A stretch of DNA of 54,632 nt from Candidatus Roizmanbacteria bacterium RIFCSPHIGHO2_02_FULL_37_13b. GTDB taxonomy: Bacteria > Patescibacteriota > Microgenomatia > UBA1406 > HO2-37-13b. The position numbers and the translations under genes are program-made. The stretch is from positions 113,130-167,761 of the forward strand of contig MFZK01000014.1 of the NCBI GenBank assembly GCA_001789395.1, written 5' to 3'. Positions 35,376-43,927 of this stretch are shown here, piece after piece; positions within the stretch are counted from its first letter, which is position 1, and each line of letters starts with the position of its first letter. The notes under the pieces are model-generated. The model was not told the DNA's origin, ran no database searches, and saw nothing but the letters and a program-made list of their open reading frames with translations.

Positions 35376-36296
35376 TTAAAACAAATTTATTTGATTTGGT
35401 TTTTCACTCTCTTTTTTTTCCTTTTTAGGTTCTGGTAATTTCGGAAAAAATCTTGTTTCCAGACTTCTTATTTCTAAATTCTTAAAGAAGTCCTTCAACT
35501 TCTCATTATAACCAGCAAATTTAGCTGTATCAAGATTGAATTTAATACCATTAGACGTGATGATTGTAGCTAGTCTTTCAGACAAAAATGCGTTATCTTT
35601 ACAATCTATAAGCGCTTGTTTAATTTTTTGACTCTTAATCTTGTTTATTTGTTTATATATATTTTCTAGGGTGTCAAATTCTAATATCAGATTTACAGCG
35701 GTCTTCGGGCCAATTCCTGTTACGCCTTTATAATTGTCTGCTTGATCACCGGCTAAAGCCTTAAGCAATGGTATTTGCTCGGGTTTAACTCCCATTTTTT
35801 TTCTTACTTCTGAAGCGTCGTAAAGTTTACTTTTATTAAATCCAATCTGTGGAGTCATCATATTTGTTTTATTTGAGACGAGTTGCATTAAATCTTTGTC
35901 TCCGCTTAATATCAAACATTTTTGATCTCTGTTTTCTATTCTCGTAGCCAAAATTCCAATTAAATCATCTGCTTCAAGACCGGTTTTCTCAATATATTTA
36001 ATTCCTGATGCGAGCATAAATTCCTTAATCAAAGGAAATTGATCTTTCAATTCTTGTTTGATTTCGGGTCTTTGAGTCCTGTACTCGGAGAATAATTTAT
36101 CACGGAACGTCGGTCCCTTGGAATCAAAACAAACGATAACGTGTGTCGGTCGAAGATCATATATAGCCTTGTGAATCATTGATGCAAATCCAAAGACAGC
36201 GTTTGTAGGGATACCATTAGAAGTCTTAAACTCAGGTATGGCATGGAATGCTCGATGAATCAATGCATTACCGTCAATGAGAAGATATGTGCTCAT
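35376..36296 (-). CDS. stand-alone 5'-3' exonuclease (Pol I N-terminal / FEN-like)
   Basis: 306 aa with LLIDGNALIHRAFHA, a PIN-like domain and an H3TH domain (GDQADNYKGVTGIGPKTA). No polymerase domain is present. Its start overlaps the ftsH stop. Confidence 0.85.
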   Translation of the reverse strand: MSTYLLIDGNALIHRAFHAIPEFKTSNGIPTNAVFGFASMIHKAIYDLRPTHVIVCFDSKGPTFRDKLFSEYRTQRPEIKQELKDQFPLIKEFMLASGIKYIEKTGLEADDLIGILATRIENRDQKCLILSGDKDLMQLVSNKTNMMTPQIGFNKSKLYDASEVRKKMGVKPEQIPLLKALAGDQADNYKGVTGIGPKTAVNLILEFDTLENIYKQINKIKSQKIKQALIDCKDNAFLSERLATIITSNGIKFNLDTAKFAGYNEKLKDFFKNLEIRSLETRFFPKLPEPKKEKKESEKPNQINLF

Positions 36297-38155
36297 GATT
36301 GCAGACTTTTAGGTTTTTTTACGCCAACTATTCTTATAAAATCCTCGTCATCCAGACTTTCTTTTTCTAATAATTCTTCTGCTACCAAATTTAGCTTTTC
36401 ACGATTTTGTGTTATCAATTTTTTAGCATGAGTAAAACACTGTTCAACAATGTTTCTGACTTCAACATCGATTTTAGCTAACATTTCGTTTGAGATAGTG
36501 TTTTGCTCGTAGTATGCTCGACCCCAATCTTTGACATCCATTGTCGGGCCATAATTGACCGGACCAAGATTGGACATTCCATATTCAGCTACCATGGCTT
36601 TTGCAATTCTTGTAGCTTGATCAAAATCATTGGCGGCTCCGGTTGTCACTTCATCAAAAACAATTTCTTCAGCAGCGCGTCCTCCCATCATTGAAGTGAT
36701 AAGTTGCTGTAAGTGTGTTTTTGTTTCATGAAGACGATCAGATGAAGGGGGGATTAAGGTAAATCCGAGTGACATTCCTCGTGAGACAATCGAAATTCGA
36801 TGTACAGGATCAGTATTCGGCTGAAAATGGGTGACAATTGCATGACCAGCTTCATGATATGCTGTAATTCTTTTATCACGGTCTGATTGCAACCTCTTTT
36901 TTTCCGGTCCTAGCTTTACCTTGGTAGCAGCTTCTTCGAGGTCTTCATTGGTTATCTCTTTTCGGTTATTTCTGGCTGTTGCAATAGCTGCTTCATTGAG
37001 CATATTTTCAATGTCTGCTCCAGAAAATCCTACAGTTCTCTTAGCTAATTTTTCCCAAGAGACTATGTTTGTGAAAGGCTTTCCTCGTGCATGAATTTGT
37101 AAAATTGCTTTGCGACCTTCTAAATCAGGATAATCGAGGATGACGTGACGATCAAAACGACCCGGTCGAAGCAATGCCGGGTCAAGTAGATCGCCTCGAT
37201 TTGTTGCAGCGATGACAATGACTTGATCATTAGGGGCAAAACCATCCATTTCGACTAAAATTTGGTTTAAAGTCTGTTCACGCTCATCATGAGCAGGCAT
37301 GGCAGAGACTGATCTGGTTCTGCCAATCGCGTCAATCTCATCAATGAAAATTATTGAGGGCGCGCTTTTTTTTGCGACAGTGAATAAATCTCGAGCTCGA
37401 GCAGCACCAATTCCAACAAGCATTTCCATGAATTCAGATCCAGCGATGGAAAAAAAAGGGACATTACTTTCACCTGCTACAGCCTTGGCTAATAATGTTT
37501 TACCCGTTCCCGCAGGTCCGACTAGAATAACGCCTTTTGGCGGACGCGCGCCCAGACGGCTATATTTTTTGGGATTCTTTAAAAAATCAACGATTTCCTC
37601 TAATTCCTTTTTTGCTTCGTCGACACCTGCTACATGGGCAAATGTAATACGAGACATTTCTTTGGAATATTTTTTTGTTTTAGCTTGACCAAACGAGAAA
37701 ATCGAATCTTGAGCACCTCTAGCTTGTCGAAATATGAAGATAAAAAAAGCTATCATTAGTATCGCCGGTATTATATTAGAGAGAAAATTTACGACCATAG
37801 TACTGCTTTGACTGTCTTTGACACTAATGGTGACTTTATTGGGATCCACACCAGAATCTTTTAATGTTTGAATTAGACTGGATTGTGATTCTTTATTAAT
37901 TGAAGCAACCTGATCATTCTTATATTGGGCTATAATTTTGTCACCGATGACTTCAACTTTTTTAACTTGATTATTTTTTATATCGGTGATGAGTTGAGTG
38001 ATACTTTTTTCTGGAAAGACACGATTGACATCTTTAAATGATAAGTAAAGTGATAAAAAAAAGAATCCTATAAACAAAATCACGAACAATGTTTTAATAT
38101 TGAAATTAAATTTAAATTCAGCTACTTTTTCATGATTAGTATTTTTACTTGCCAT
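36293..38155 (-). CDS. ftsH: ATP-dependent zinc metalloprotease FtsH
   Basis: Has Walker A GPAGTGKT, the SRH region and the zinc motif HEAGHA. ATG at 38155 is preferred over the TTG at 38173 in the ORF track. Confidence 0.95.
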   Translation of the reverse strand: MASKNTNHEKVAEFKFNFNIKTLFVILFIGFFFLSLYLSFKDVNRVFPEKSITQLITDIKNNQVKKVEVIGDKIIAQYKNDQVASINKESQSSLIQTLKDSGVDPNKVTISVKDSQSSTMVVNFLSNIIPAILMIAFFIFIFRQARGAQDSIFSFGQAKTKKYSKEMSRITFAHVAGVDEAKKELEEIVDFLKNPKKYSRLGARPPKGVILVGPAGTGKTLLAKAVAGESNVPFFSIAGSEFMEMLVGIGAARARDLFTVAKKSAPSIIFIDEIDAIGRTRSVSAMPAHDEREQTLNQILVEMDGFAPNDQVIVIAATNRGDLLDPALLRPGRFDRHVILDYPDLEGRKAILQIHARGKPFTNIVSWEKLAKRTVGFSGADIENMLNEAAIATARNNRKEITNEDLEEAATKVKLGPEKKRLQSDRDKRITAYHEAGHAIVTHFQPNTDPVHRISIVSRGMSLGFTLIPPSSDRLHETKTHLQQLITSMMGGRAAEEIVFDEVTTGAANDFDQATRIAKAMVAEYGMSNLGPVNYGPTMDVKDWGRAYYEQNTISNEMLAKIDVEVRNIVEQCFTHAKKLITQNREKLNLVAEELLEKESLDDEDFIRIVGVKKPKSLQS

Positions 38156-38206
38156 AGACCTAAATTCTATCAAATTTTGGTAAAATTAGGGCGATGATTT
38201 ATTAGA

Positions 38207-39283
38207 ATGGAAATCATTAAATTAAATAAGAAAAAAATTAGTGAGGCAGTTGACCAAACAATTAATGTATTAAAGAAAGGAGGATTGGTTGTTGTTCCCA
38301 CCGATACTGTATATGGATTAGCTGTTGATGCAGAAAATGAGGCTGCGATTGCAAAACTAATACAATTTAAATCGCGTCCGGCGGGTAAGGCAATTTCTAT
38401 TTTTGTTGCCTCGCTTCATGATGCAAAGCGGTATGTCGTGATTGATAGTAAAAATGAATCAATATTAAAGGAGATTTTTCCGGGCCCTTTTACAGCAATA
38501 TTAAATTCTAAACACAAGTCCTCTCGTCAACTGGAATCTGATTTTGAATCACTGGGTATAAGGATTCCTGATAACCTTTTTATTAATGAATTACTAGTCA
38601 AGTATGGACGTCCTATTACTGCAACTTCTGCAAATCTATCAGGTGGGCCAATTGTATATTCAGTTGATAATCTATTTAGACAAATTTCAAGAAAAAAAAG
38701 AGACCTAATCGATTTGGTAGTGAATTATGGTAAATTACCTTACCACAAACCTTCAACGGTCATAGATTTAACTGGTGACAAATTAACAATGTTACGTTTA
38801 GGTGATAATCAGCTGCTGAATAAAAAGAGTTACATATCCGCTAGCGAAGCGGAAACAAAAAAAATCGCCTCGGAATTTATCAAAAAATATGACAAAAATA
38901 ATCAAAGACGAGCACTGGCTATAATCTTACAAGGAGAATTAGGGTCTGGAAAGACTCAGTTTGTAAAAGGTATCGGAGCACATTTTGGAATAAAAGATAT
39001 TATTTCACCCTCGTTTGTTGTTTATTATGAATATAATATTCCAAGGCAATCTCGGAGACGTTTATATCATGTTGACCTTTATAATATATCCGAAAAAAAC
39101 GAGTTTGCATATTTGGGATTTGAAGAGATGCTTAAACCCCGTAATATCATTTGTATAGAATGGGGAGAAAAAAGCGCTCCGATTTATAACATTCTTAAAG
39201 ATAAATCAATTATTGTCCACGTGAAGATAAAATATAGTAATGAGAATAGGCGGCAGATAGAAATTAGCATTAATAATTTATGA
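38207..39283 (+). CDS. fusion of TsaC/Sua5-type threonylcarbamoyl-AMP synthase (YrdC domain) with TsaE ATPase
   Basis: The N-terminal half has VVVPTDTVYGLA, ATSANLSGGP and PSTVIDLTG. The C-terminal half has the TsaE P-loop GELGSGKTQFVKGI, SPSFVV, HVDLYN and IEWGEK. Confidence 0.85.
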   Translation: MEIIKLNKKKISEAVDQTINVLKKGGLVVVPTDTVYGLAVDAENEAAIAKLIQFKSRPAGKAISIFVASLHDAKRYVVIDSKNESILKEIFPGPFTAILNSKHKSSRQLESDFESLGIRIPDNLFINELLVKYGRPITATSANLSGGPIVYSVDNLFRQISRKKRDLIDLVVNYGKLPYHKPSTVIDLTGDKLTMLRLGDNQLLNKKSYISASEAETKKIASEFIKKYDKNNQRRALAIILQGELGSGKTQFVKGIGAHFGIKDIISPSFVVYYEYNIPRQSRRRLYHVDLYNISEKNEFAYLGFEEMLKPRNIICIEWGEKSAPIYNILKDKSIIVHVKIKYSNENRRQIEISINNL

Positions 39284-40395
39284 TAATTTTAGCAATAGAT
39301 ACGTCTTGCGATGAAACATCCGTTGCTGTTTGTGAGGGTAGAAAGATACTATCCAATAAGATATATTCTCAAATACTAATTCATAAAAAATGGGGTGGGG
39401 TGGTTCCAAATTTAGCTAAACGAGCACATGAGGAAAGGATTGACATGGTTATAGAAGAGGCGGTTATGAGATCTAAAAGAGACTCCTCTGAGCTCGGAAT
39501 CCGAGATCATCGTCGTCTCTTGCTTGCTCAAACATCCACTCACTTCAGAAATTTATTTGACTTGTCTATGAAGCAAATCGATTATATCGCCGTAACTTAT
39601 GGACCTGGGCTGGCTCCGGCTTTAGAGGTCGGCATCAATAAAGCTAAAGAATTGGCCAAAAAATATCATAAGAAATTGATAGCTATCAATCATTTGGAAG
39701 GTCATATATACTCTTGTTTTGCTCAAAACAACAGAGGTAATCCGAAGCGAGAATACAATTTTCCATATTTGGCACTTGTAGTTTCAGGTGGTCATACTGA
39801 GCTAATTTTGTTTCATGATCATCTTAAATATGAGGTAATCGGTGAGACAATTGATGATGCAGCAGGAGAAGCTCTTGATAAAGCAGCCAAATTATTAGGT
39901 TTAGGGTATCCAGGTGGCGCCGTCATAGAAAGGTTAGCTAAAACAGGTGATTTTAAATACCATAATTTTCCGCGTCCTATGTCGCGGACGCATGATTTAA
40001 ATTTTTCTTTTTCTGGACTTAAAACCTCTTTTTATTATCATCTGCAAAAAATGTCAATAAATGATAAAGCACATAATTTAAATAATTTAGCAGCTTCATA
40101 TCAAGAAGCAGTTTTTGAATCAATAATTAAGAAAATAAAGCTTGCTATTGAACGTGTAAAGATTAATCGGTTAGTCGTTGGTGGTGGTGTAATTGCTAAC
40201 GTCTATCTTCGTAATAAGATCAGGAATTTAGCAAGAGCATATAATGGAGACGTTATTTTTCCGACAAGTAAATCACTATATGGCGATAATGCTGCCATGA
40301 TAGGCGTGGCGGCCAACTATAAGGCGGAAAAAGGCATCTATGTTAAGAATGTAGCTGATTTAGAACGGATGCCAAGATTAAAAATAGCCGATTAG
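39280..40395 (+). CDS. tsaD: tRNA N6-adenosine threonylcarbamoyltransferase TsaD, with an insertion of about 28 residues
   Basis: ILAIDTSCDETSVAV, GPGL, HLEGH, VSGGHT, GETIDDAAGEALDK and GLGYPGG are present. Its start overlaps the upstream gene (ATGA). Confidence 0.9.
   Translation: MIILAIDTSCDETSVAVCEGRKILSNKIYSQILIHKKWGGVVPNLAKRAHEERIDMVIEEAVMRSKRDSSELGIRDHRRLLLAQTSTHFRNLFDLSMKQIDYIAVTYGPGLAPALEVGINKAKELAKKYHKKLIAINHLEGHIYSCFAQNNRGNPKREYNFPYLALVVSGGHTELILFHDHLKYEVIGETIDDAAGEALDKAAKLLGLGYPGGAVIERLAKTGDFKYHNFPRPMSRTHDLNFSFSGLKTSFYYHLQKMSINDKAHNLNNLAASYQEAVFESIIKKIKLAIERVKINRLVVGGGVIANVYLRNKIRNLARAYNGDVIFPTSKSLYGDNAAMIGVAANYKAEKGIYVKNVADLERMPRLKIAD
39479..39519. repeat. 41-nt imperfect palindrome inside the tsaD coding sequence
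   Basis: GAGACtcctctgaGCTCGGA-a-TCCGAGatcatcgtcGTCTC; 15 of 20 arm positions pair. It lies within the segment that has no counterpart in E. coli TsaD as I recall it. Confidence 0.5.
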
Positions 40396-41039
40396 TTAGA
40401 AAGAGCCGATTGGATTAATTTATCAAATTCTGACGCTGAGGAAAAATTACCCATTTGTTGCCCGTTTAGATAAAAAGTCGGTGTTTGATTGATGCCTATT
40501 TCTCTTGCGCTCGTAATATCCATATCAATCTTTGATTTGACATCAGTGCCATTTATATCCTTTTCCCATTTATTGATATCCAGCTTCAGATCTGTCGCGT
40601 ATTTTTTAAATTGAGACCCAGGATCTTTAAGGGCAGACCATTCATCTTGATTTTCAAAGAGTTTATCATGCATTTCAAAAAATTTATTTTGTTGACCTGC
40701 AGCTTCAGCAACTGCCGCTGCAGGTAAGGCTAATTTATGTTGATCTAAAGGGAAATTACGATAGACAAAAGTAATTTGTTTCTTATATTTCTCTACTATC
40801 GGTTTGATTAGAGAATGATAATATTTACAGGCCGGACACTGAAAATCGCTAAATTCTACTATTACGACCTTAGAATCTGACACGCCATAGATGTGATCTT
40901 TTTTATTTAAAGCAATTTGGATGGGTTTAGAATTTTTTGTTGTCAATTTCCAAAGTCCATAAATAGCGATAAAAGAAACAATAACAATTGAAAACCAGGT
41001 AACTAATTGTTTTTGGTTAAATTGTTTAAATATTTTCAT
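40392..41039 (-). CDS. membrane-anchored DsbA-like thiol:disulfide oxidoreductase (second copy)
   Basis: 215 aa with an N-terminal TM helix, the CPAC active site (FQCPACKYYH) and a C-terminal QTPTFYLNG motif. Confidence 0.7.
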   Translation of the reverse strand: MKIFKQFNQKQLVTWFSIVIVSFIAIYGLWKLTTKNSKPIQIALNKKDHIYGVSDSKVVIVEFSDFQCPACKYYHSLIKPIVEKYKKQITFVYRNFPLDQHKLALPAAAVAEAAGQQNKFFEMHDKLFENQDEWSALKDPGSQFKKYATDLKLDINKWEKDINGTDVKSKIDMDITSAREIGINQTPTFYLNGQQMGNFSSASEFDKLIQSALSN

Positions 41040-41060
41040 ATTTTATTAAATAAACTTATG

Positions 41061-41132
41061 TGCCAGTAGGAAGAATCGAACTTCCGACTTACCGCTTATG
41101 AAACGGTCGCTCTGCCACTGAGCTATGCTGGC
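41061..41132 (-). tRNA. tRNA with CAT anticodon (elongator Met, or Ile2 if lysidine-modified)
   Basis: The reverse complement is GCCAGCATAGCTCAGTGGCAGAGCGACCGTTTCATAAGCGGTAAGTCGGAAGTTCGATTCTTCCTACTGGCA. The cloverleaf has anticodon loop TTCATAA and T-arm GGAAG-TTCGATT-CTTCC, with one C:A mismatch in the acceptor stem. Confidence 0.8.
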
Positions 41133-41155
41133 TTGCATGGTGACGATTGCCCTTT

Positions 41156-41209
41156 ACCCGCGCAAATTTCTTTGAAATTTGTTCGGGTGAACCACTGAGC
41201 TACCCAGCC
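41156..41209 (-). other. tRNA-like 5' fragment fused to a 13-bp hairpin (possible disrupted tRNA or small structured RNA)
   Basis: The minus strand reads GGCTGGGTAGCTCAGTGGTTCACC (acceptor 5' strand plus D-arm consensus). No complementary acceptor 3' strand or T-arm follows. It runs into the hairpin ACCCG-aa-CAAATTTC-aaa-GAAATTTG-cg-CGGGT. Confidence 0.3.
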
Positions 41210-41249
41210 TGCGCTGGCCTTAGAATTTGCGATTAATTATAACATGTGC

Positions 41250-43082
41250 TTAATCAAGTATTGTTCTGACTTTTTTTACGATTGCGGTTTTGTCAATTTC
41301 CTCGAATCTTAAAAGCTCATCTGGCGTCCCGCTTTTGGGAATTTTTGTCACTGATAGTTGATAGATCGGTTTTCTATTCTTCAATGACGATAGCGCCTGG
41401 TTTACCGCCGTTCCTAAACCACCACATGGATAGTGATCTTCAACCGTGATTATAGCGGTAGTTTCATCATGGGCTTTCTGCAGAGTGTCAATATCAATTG
41501 GTTTTATGCTATAAATATCAATGATTCTAAGGTATATATTTTCTTGTTTTAATAATTCATATGCTTTTAAAGCTTCATGTAGGGTAATTCCTCCGGTTAT
41601 AATACTGACTGAATCCTTTAGCGAGCTTTTTAGTGTTTGGCTCCCGCCAATTTTAAATGAATCTTTGTCTGTATATAAATGAATCGTGTCAGATCGTGTT
41701 GTTCGTATATATACTATTCCTTGATATTTTGCTGCGAGATCAACCAATTTAATTGTCGCCGTTGCATCAGCAGGGTATAAAACAACACTATCTAATACTG
41801 ATGTGAACATGGCAATATCCTCTAGTCCCATTTGAGAAGAACCATCTTCTCCAATTGATACTCCAGCATGAGAGCCGCATATCTTGATATTACTGCAGGA
41901 ATATTGACTCATGCGGATTTGGTCATGGCTTCGGGTTAAAAATGCGGCAAACGTAGAGACGAAAGGTATTTTACCTCGCCCAGCTAAACCCGCAGCTGTT
42001 CCTATCATGTTTTGTTCAGCAATATACATTTCAAAAAAACGTTCGGGATAAGCATTCATAAAAGTTTCAGAATAAGTGGAGTTACGCGTTTCTCCATCCA
42101 GAGCAACGATCTCTGGATGGTTTTGGACAGCATGAATTAGAGCTAGACCATAAGCTTTTCTTGTTGCAAGCGGTTTTGATCGATCTAAAGATATATTCTG
42201 ATGAGTTATTTTTGTTTTTTTTGGTTTTAAATTTTCCGGCTGAAGCAGGGAAGGTGAAATTTTTTTAAGAGGACCTATTTCCAATATCGCCGTTTTAAGT
42301 TCGTCTTGCGACAAGGGTTTCCCATGCCATCCTTCTCTATTTTCAATAAATGACACTCCCTTGCCTTTTTTAGTTTTAGCGAGAATAACGACGGGCTGCT
42401 CGGCGGAAAGTTGTACATTAGTATACGCTTTATCTATTTGTTCAAAGTTGTGGCCATCTATAATAATTGATTTCCATCCAAAGCTATCGAACTTTGCTTG
42501 ATATGATTTTAAATCCCATTGGTGGAGCGTTGCGCCAGACTGTCCAAGACGATTAATATCAATAATGGCTATGAGATTGTTTAGTTTATAATGAACTGCC
42601 AGTTCTGCTGCTTCCCATACTTGTCCTTCAACGAGTTCACCATCCCCCAACAGAACATACGTGTTATATGGTAATTTATCAAGATATTTAGCGTTAAGCG
42701 CCATTCCAAGTCCAATTGATAAACCTTGTCCAAGAGAGCCTGTTGCAGCTTCAGCATATGGAAATTTCGGAGTAGGATGACCTTCCAATCGGCTATTAAA
42801 TTTTCTAAGTGTTAATAGCTCTTTTTCTTCTATAGCTCCCGCAGCCGCCCATAAAGCATAAAAAAGAGGTGATGCATGTCCTTTTGAGAAGATTAATCGA
42901 TCATTGTTTGGATGTTTTGGGTTTTGTATTAAAAAACGAAAATGGTTATTAAAAAAAAGTACCGCCATGAGGTCCGTAGCAGATAGACTTGTAGTTGGAT
43001 GACCTGACCTGGCAGTAGTTGTCGATAATAATATCTGATATCGAATCCATTTAGAAATTTCTAGAAGTTTGTTTGTGTCCAT
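41250..43082 (-). CDS. tkt: transketolase (single-chain)
   Basis: 610 aa with the TPP-binding region (GHPTSSLSATD..., GDGELVEGQVWEAAE), a pyrimidine-binding middle domain and a C-terminal domain. Confidence 0.93.
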   Translation of the reverse strand: MDTNKLLEISKWIRYQILLSTTTARSGHPTTSLSATDLMAVLFFNNHFRFLIQNPKHPNNDRLIFSKGHASPLFYALWAAAGAIEEKELLTLRKFNSRLEGHPTPKFPYAEAATGSLGQGLSIGLGMALNAKYLDKLPYNTYVLLGDGELVEGQVWEAAELAVHYKLNNLIAIIDINRLGQSGATLHQWDLKSYQAKFDSFGWKSIIIDGHNFEQIDKAYTNVQLSAEQPVVILAKTKKGKGVSFIENREGWHGKPLSQDELKTAILEIGPLKKISPSLLQPENLKPKKTKITHQNISLDRSKPLATRKAYGLALIHAVQNHPEIVALDGETRNSTYSETFMNAYPERFFEMYIAEQNMIGTAAGLAGRGKIPFVSTFAAFLTRSHDQIRMSQYSCSNIKICGSHAGVSIGEDGSSQMGLEDIAMFTSVLDSVVLYPADATATIKLVDLAAKYQGIVYIRTTRSDTIHLYTDKDSFKIGGSQTLKSSLKDSVSIITGGITLHEALKAYELLKQENIYLRIIDIYSIKPIDIDTLQKAHDETTAIITVEDHYPCGGLGTAVNQALSSLKNRKPIYQLSVTKIPKSGTPDELLRFEEIDKTAIVKKVRTILD

Positions 43083-43093
43083 ATGATATTAAG

Positions 43094-43164
43094 TCGGGGT
43101 GGGGAGAATCGAACTCCCTCCTCACGGTCCCAAACCGCGCATTCTACCGGTATACTACACCCCG
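43094..43164 (-). tRNA. tRNA-Pro (anticodon TGG)
   Basis: The reverse complement is CGGGGTGTAGTATACCGGTAGAATGCGCGGTTTGGGACCGTGAGGAGGGAGTTCGATTCTCCCCACCCCGA. The acceptor is CGGGGTG/CACCCCG, the anticodon loop TTTGGGA and the T-arm GGGAG-TTCGATT-CTCCC. The D-arm is slightly irregular. Confidence 0.85.
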
Positions 43165-43180
43165 TCGTTATATTATATAT

Positions 43181-43206
43181 TATCGTCCATTGTTTGCAGG
43201 ACGATA
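43181..43206. other. perfect 8-bp hairpin between tRNA-Pro and the sugar transferase gene
   Basis: TATCGTCC-attgtttgca-GGACGATA. No U-tract follows on either strand. An extended -10-like TGATAAAAT (43232-43240) follows and ends 8 nt before the ATG at 43249. Confidence 0.35.
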
Positions 43207-43248
43207 TCAACGGTCAAATTTTCTAATTTTTTGATAAAATAGCAGATT

Positions 43249-43923
43249 ATGGGGAAATATTCATCTAGTTTGATCTTTGGCAAAAAGTACAATCGATATA
43301 TAAAACGTCTACTCGATATCATCATGTCAATATTATTAATAATATTATTTTCTCCACTTGCTGTTTTAACTGCTATTGCTATTAGATTGGATTCCAAAGG
43401 TCCTTTTTTGGCTGACGTACCCGAGCGAGTAGGATTTAAGGGCAAACTGTTTAAAATGCATAAGTTTCGTTCTATGGTCGTAAACGCACATTATCTTCTT
43501 CGTCACAGAAGTGAATTTAAGAATCTATATGAGGAATATCGAAAAGGTAGTTTTAAACTAAAGAAAGATCCAAGAATTACCTCTGCCGGCAAATTCATCC
43601 GTAAGCATTCTATTGATGAAATTCCACAATTGTTGAATGTTTTGAAGGGAGAAATGAGTTTAGTTGGTCCACGGGCATATTATCCTGATGAGCTTAAAGA
43701 TCAATTAAGAAAATATCCGCAAACAAAAAGACTTGTTAGAAAAGTACTTTCTGTTAAACCTGGAATTACTGGTCTTTGGCAAGTTTCAGGAAGATCAAAT
43801 ATTAATTTTGATAAAAGGATTGCAATTGACGCTCAATATGTAGATAATATATCTCTACTTAAAGACTTAGAAATTATATTTAAGACTCCTATAGCAATGA
43901 TTTCTGGTAAGGGAGCAGTTTAA
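43249..43923 (+). CDS. undecaprenyl-phosphate sugar-phosphate transferase (bacterial sugar transferase family, small EpsL/WcaJ-C type)
   Basis: Has one N-terminal TM helix plus KMHKFRSM, DEIPQLLNVLKGEMSLVGPRA and GITGLWQVSGRS. Confidence 0.85.
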   Translation: MGKYSSSLIFGKKYNRYIKRLLDIIMSILLIILFSPLAVLTAIAIRLDSKGPFLADVPERVGFKGKLFKMHKFRSMVVNAHYLLRHRSEFKNLYEEYRKGSFKLKKDPRITSAGKFIRKHSIDEIPQLLNVLKGEMSLVGPRAYYPDELKDQLRKYPQTKRLVRKVLSVKPGITGLWQVSGRSNINFDKRIAIDAQYVDNISLLKDLEIIFKTPIAMISGKGAV

Positions 43924-43927
43924 AAAT

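Noticed and set aside
38178-38206. tsaC-tsaE mRNA as a third leaderless case
   Set aside because: The extended -10-like TGGTAAAAT ends at 38186, 20 nt before the ATG at 38207. That implies a leader of about 14 nt, so it does not belong with the near-leaderless examples.
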